NCBI RefSeq assembly: GCF_963921235.1
Contig: NC_086115.1
Span: 59,272,001-59,336,000, forward strand
Reading direction: 5' to 3'
Source of the DNA: Mobula hypostoma
Lineage: Eukaryota
DNA: 64,000 nt
Every line of letters begins with the position of its first letter. Within the stretch, counting starts at the first letter, position 1. This document shows, one piece after another, positions 61,845 through 64,000 of the stretch. Both the position numbers and the translations under genes were made by a program. The notes beneath the pieces were generated by a model, which was not told the DNA's origin, did no database searches, and saw nothing but the letters and a program-made list of their open reading frames with translations.

Positions 61845-63525
61845 AATCAGGTTTATTATCACTGGCATGTGACATGAAATTTGTTAACTTAGCAGCAGCA
61901 GTTCAATGTGATACATAATCTAGAAGAGAAAAAAATAAAAAAAAATAATAATAATAAAAATAAATAAGTAAATCAATTACTGTATATGTATATTGAATAG
62001 ATTAAAAAACATGCAAAAAACAGAAATACTGTATGTTACAAAAAAGTGAGGTAGTGTCCCACGGTTCAGTGTCCTTTTAGGACTCGGATGGCAGAGGGGA
62101 AGAAGCTGTTCCTGAATTGCTGCATGTGTGCCTTCAGGCTTCTGTGCTTCCTACTTGATGGTAACAGTGAGAAAAAGGCATGTCTTGGGTGCTGGAGGTC
62201 CTTAATAATGGACGCTGCCTTTCTGAGACACCATTCCCTGAAGATGTCCTGGGTATTTTGTGGGCTTGTACCCAAGATGGAGCCAACTAGATTTACAACC
62301 TTCTGCAGCTTCTTTTGGTCCTGAGCAGTAGCTTCCCCCCACCCCGCCCCCATGCCAGACAGTGATGCAGCCTGTCAGAATGCCCTCCACAGTACATCTA
62401 TAAAAGTTTTAAGTGTATTTGTTGACATGTCAAATTTCTTCAAATTCCTAATGAAGTATAGCCACAGTCTCGTCTGCATTGATATGTTGGGACCAGGTTA
62501 GATCCTCAGAGATCTTGACACCCAGGAACTTGAAACTGCTCACTCTCTCCACTTCTGATCCCTCTATGAGGATTGGTATGTGTTCCTTCATCCTACCCTT
62601 CCTGAAGTCCACAATCAGCTCTTTCGTCTTACTGACGTTGAGTGTCAGGTTGTTGCTGCGACACCACTCCACTAGTTGGCATATCTCACTCCTGTACACC
62701 CTCTCGTCACCACCTGAGATTCTACCAACAATGGTTGCATCATCAGCAAATTTATAGATGATGTTTGAGTTATGCCTAGCCGCACAGTCAGGTCTACACA
62801 GAGAGTAGAGCAGTGGGCTAAGCACACACCCAGTGTTGATCGTCAGCGAGGAGGATACGTTACCCCCAATCCGCACAGATTGTGGTCTTCTGGTTAGGAA
62901 GTCAAGGATCCAATTGCAGGGAGGTACAGAGGCCCAGGTTCTGCAACTTCTCAATCAGGATTGTGGGAATGATGGTATTAAATGCTGAGCTATAGTCAAT
63001 GAACAGCATCCTGACATAGGTGTTTGTGTTGTCCAGGTGGTTGAAAGCCGTGTGGAGAGCTATTGACATTGCGTCTGCTGTTGACCTATTGTGGTGAAAG
63101 GCGAATTGCAATGGGTCCAGGTCTTTGCTGAGGCAGGAGTTCAGTCTAGTCATGACCAACCTCTCAAAACATTTCATCACTGTAGACGCAAGTGCTACCA
63201 GGCGATAGTCATTAAGGCAGCTCACATTCTTCTTCTTAGGCATTTGTATAATTGATGCTTTTTGAAGCAAGTGGGAACTTCTGCCCGTAGCAGTGAGAGG
63301 TTCTATAGTTTATCGATCAGGACTGTGATAATGGTGTGTTAAATGCTGAGCTACAGTCAACGAACAGCAACCTGCCCTAGATGTTTGTATTGTCTAAGGT
63401 CGTATGACAAAATTCTGAGATTGAGTCTGTCGTAGACCAATTGTGGCGATAGGCAAAGTACAATGGGTCCAGGTCCTTGCTGAGGCAGGAGTTCATTCTC
63501 ATCGTGACCAACCTCTCAAAGCCAT
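61845..63525 (-). mobile_element. Rex/Babar-like LINE fragment(s) with decayed RT
   Basis: [45 protein letters not shown]; tail aataaacctgattctga; second partial copy at 63300-63525. Confidence 0.88.
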
Positions 63526-64000
63526 AGATAATGGAATGATATAATGACAACAAAGAGGACTCCATTAAGCTGTTTGCAGAGGCCATGCATCTGTTTTCTA
63601 TCTGCAATATATTCTGTATTGCATATTTATTACGGTAACTGGTTATGCGAGTGGGCGTGTGGTAAAAGCGGAGGGATTAAGTTACGTATTCATGCTTTTT
63701 TCTGCTTAGTTTTAGAGCTGGGGCCCGACAGATGTCATATCTTTTGTTGATTACTTAATTACTTAACTTAATTACATTTGAAATTGCTTAAGTTCACTTA
63801 AGTAGATTTAACATCACTAGGTTTAATTTCATAAGTTTAATTGCTTCAAGATTGTATGTTTTGGTAGTTGCTAATAAAAAATCATAAACATTTCTTCAGC
63901 TTTTTGGAACATTATTATTGGAGGGTTCAGAAGGTGTGTGATACAAGATTAACAACCTGTGGGGTCGCCTGCAGCGGCAATTTTTTCTGCAAGTTACCGC

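Overview
Vertebrate genomic DNA, very rich in repeats. The CR1, Rex1/Babar, Penelope, RTE-SINE and V-SINE landscape suggests a cartilaginous fish, probably a ray (inference). The only host gene I can support is VWA2 (AMACO) on the + strand. It has 12 phase-consistent GT-AG coding exons from 10412 to the stop at 42980, encoding VWA1, a Cys-rich domain, EGF1, VWA2, VWA3, EGF2 and an RGD/polybasic tail. The signal-peptide exon was not resolved. Nearly all ORFs in the supplied track are exon read-throughs, transposon fragments or chance ORFs. The notable non-coding content is: (1) Penelope-derived fold-back insertions carrying minimal hammerhead-ribozyme motifs, one apparently intact, plus a ~480-bp palindrome whose two decayed arms together reconstruct a hammerhead; (2) a 2.3-kb internally deleted endogenous retrovirus in a VWA2 intron, with a tRNA-Ser PBS, gag MA and late domains, and LTR divergence almost confined to U3; (3) a composite MITE built from two palindromic mini-MITEs, one type of which also occurs solo; (4) a hAT-like family with 6-bp TSDs; (5) a 35-bp minisatellite; and (6) deeply nested CR1 LINEs. 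Coordinates were counted by hand: exon limits are exact as far as I can check, and repeat limits are approximate.
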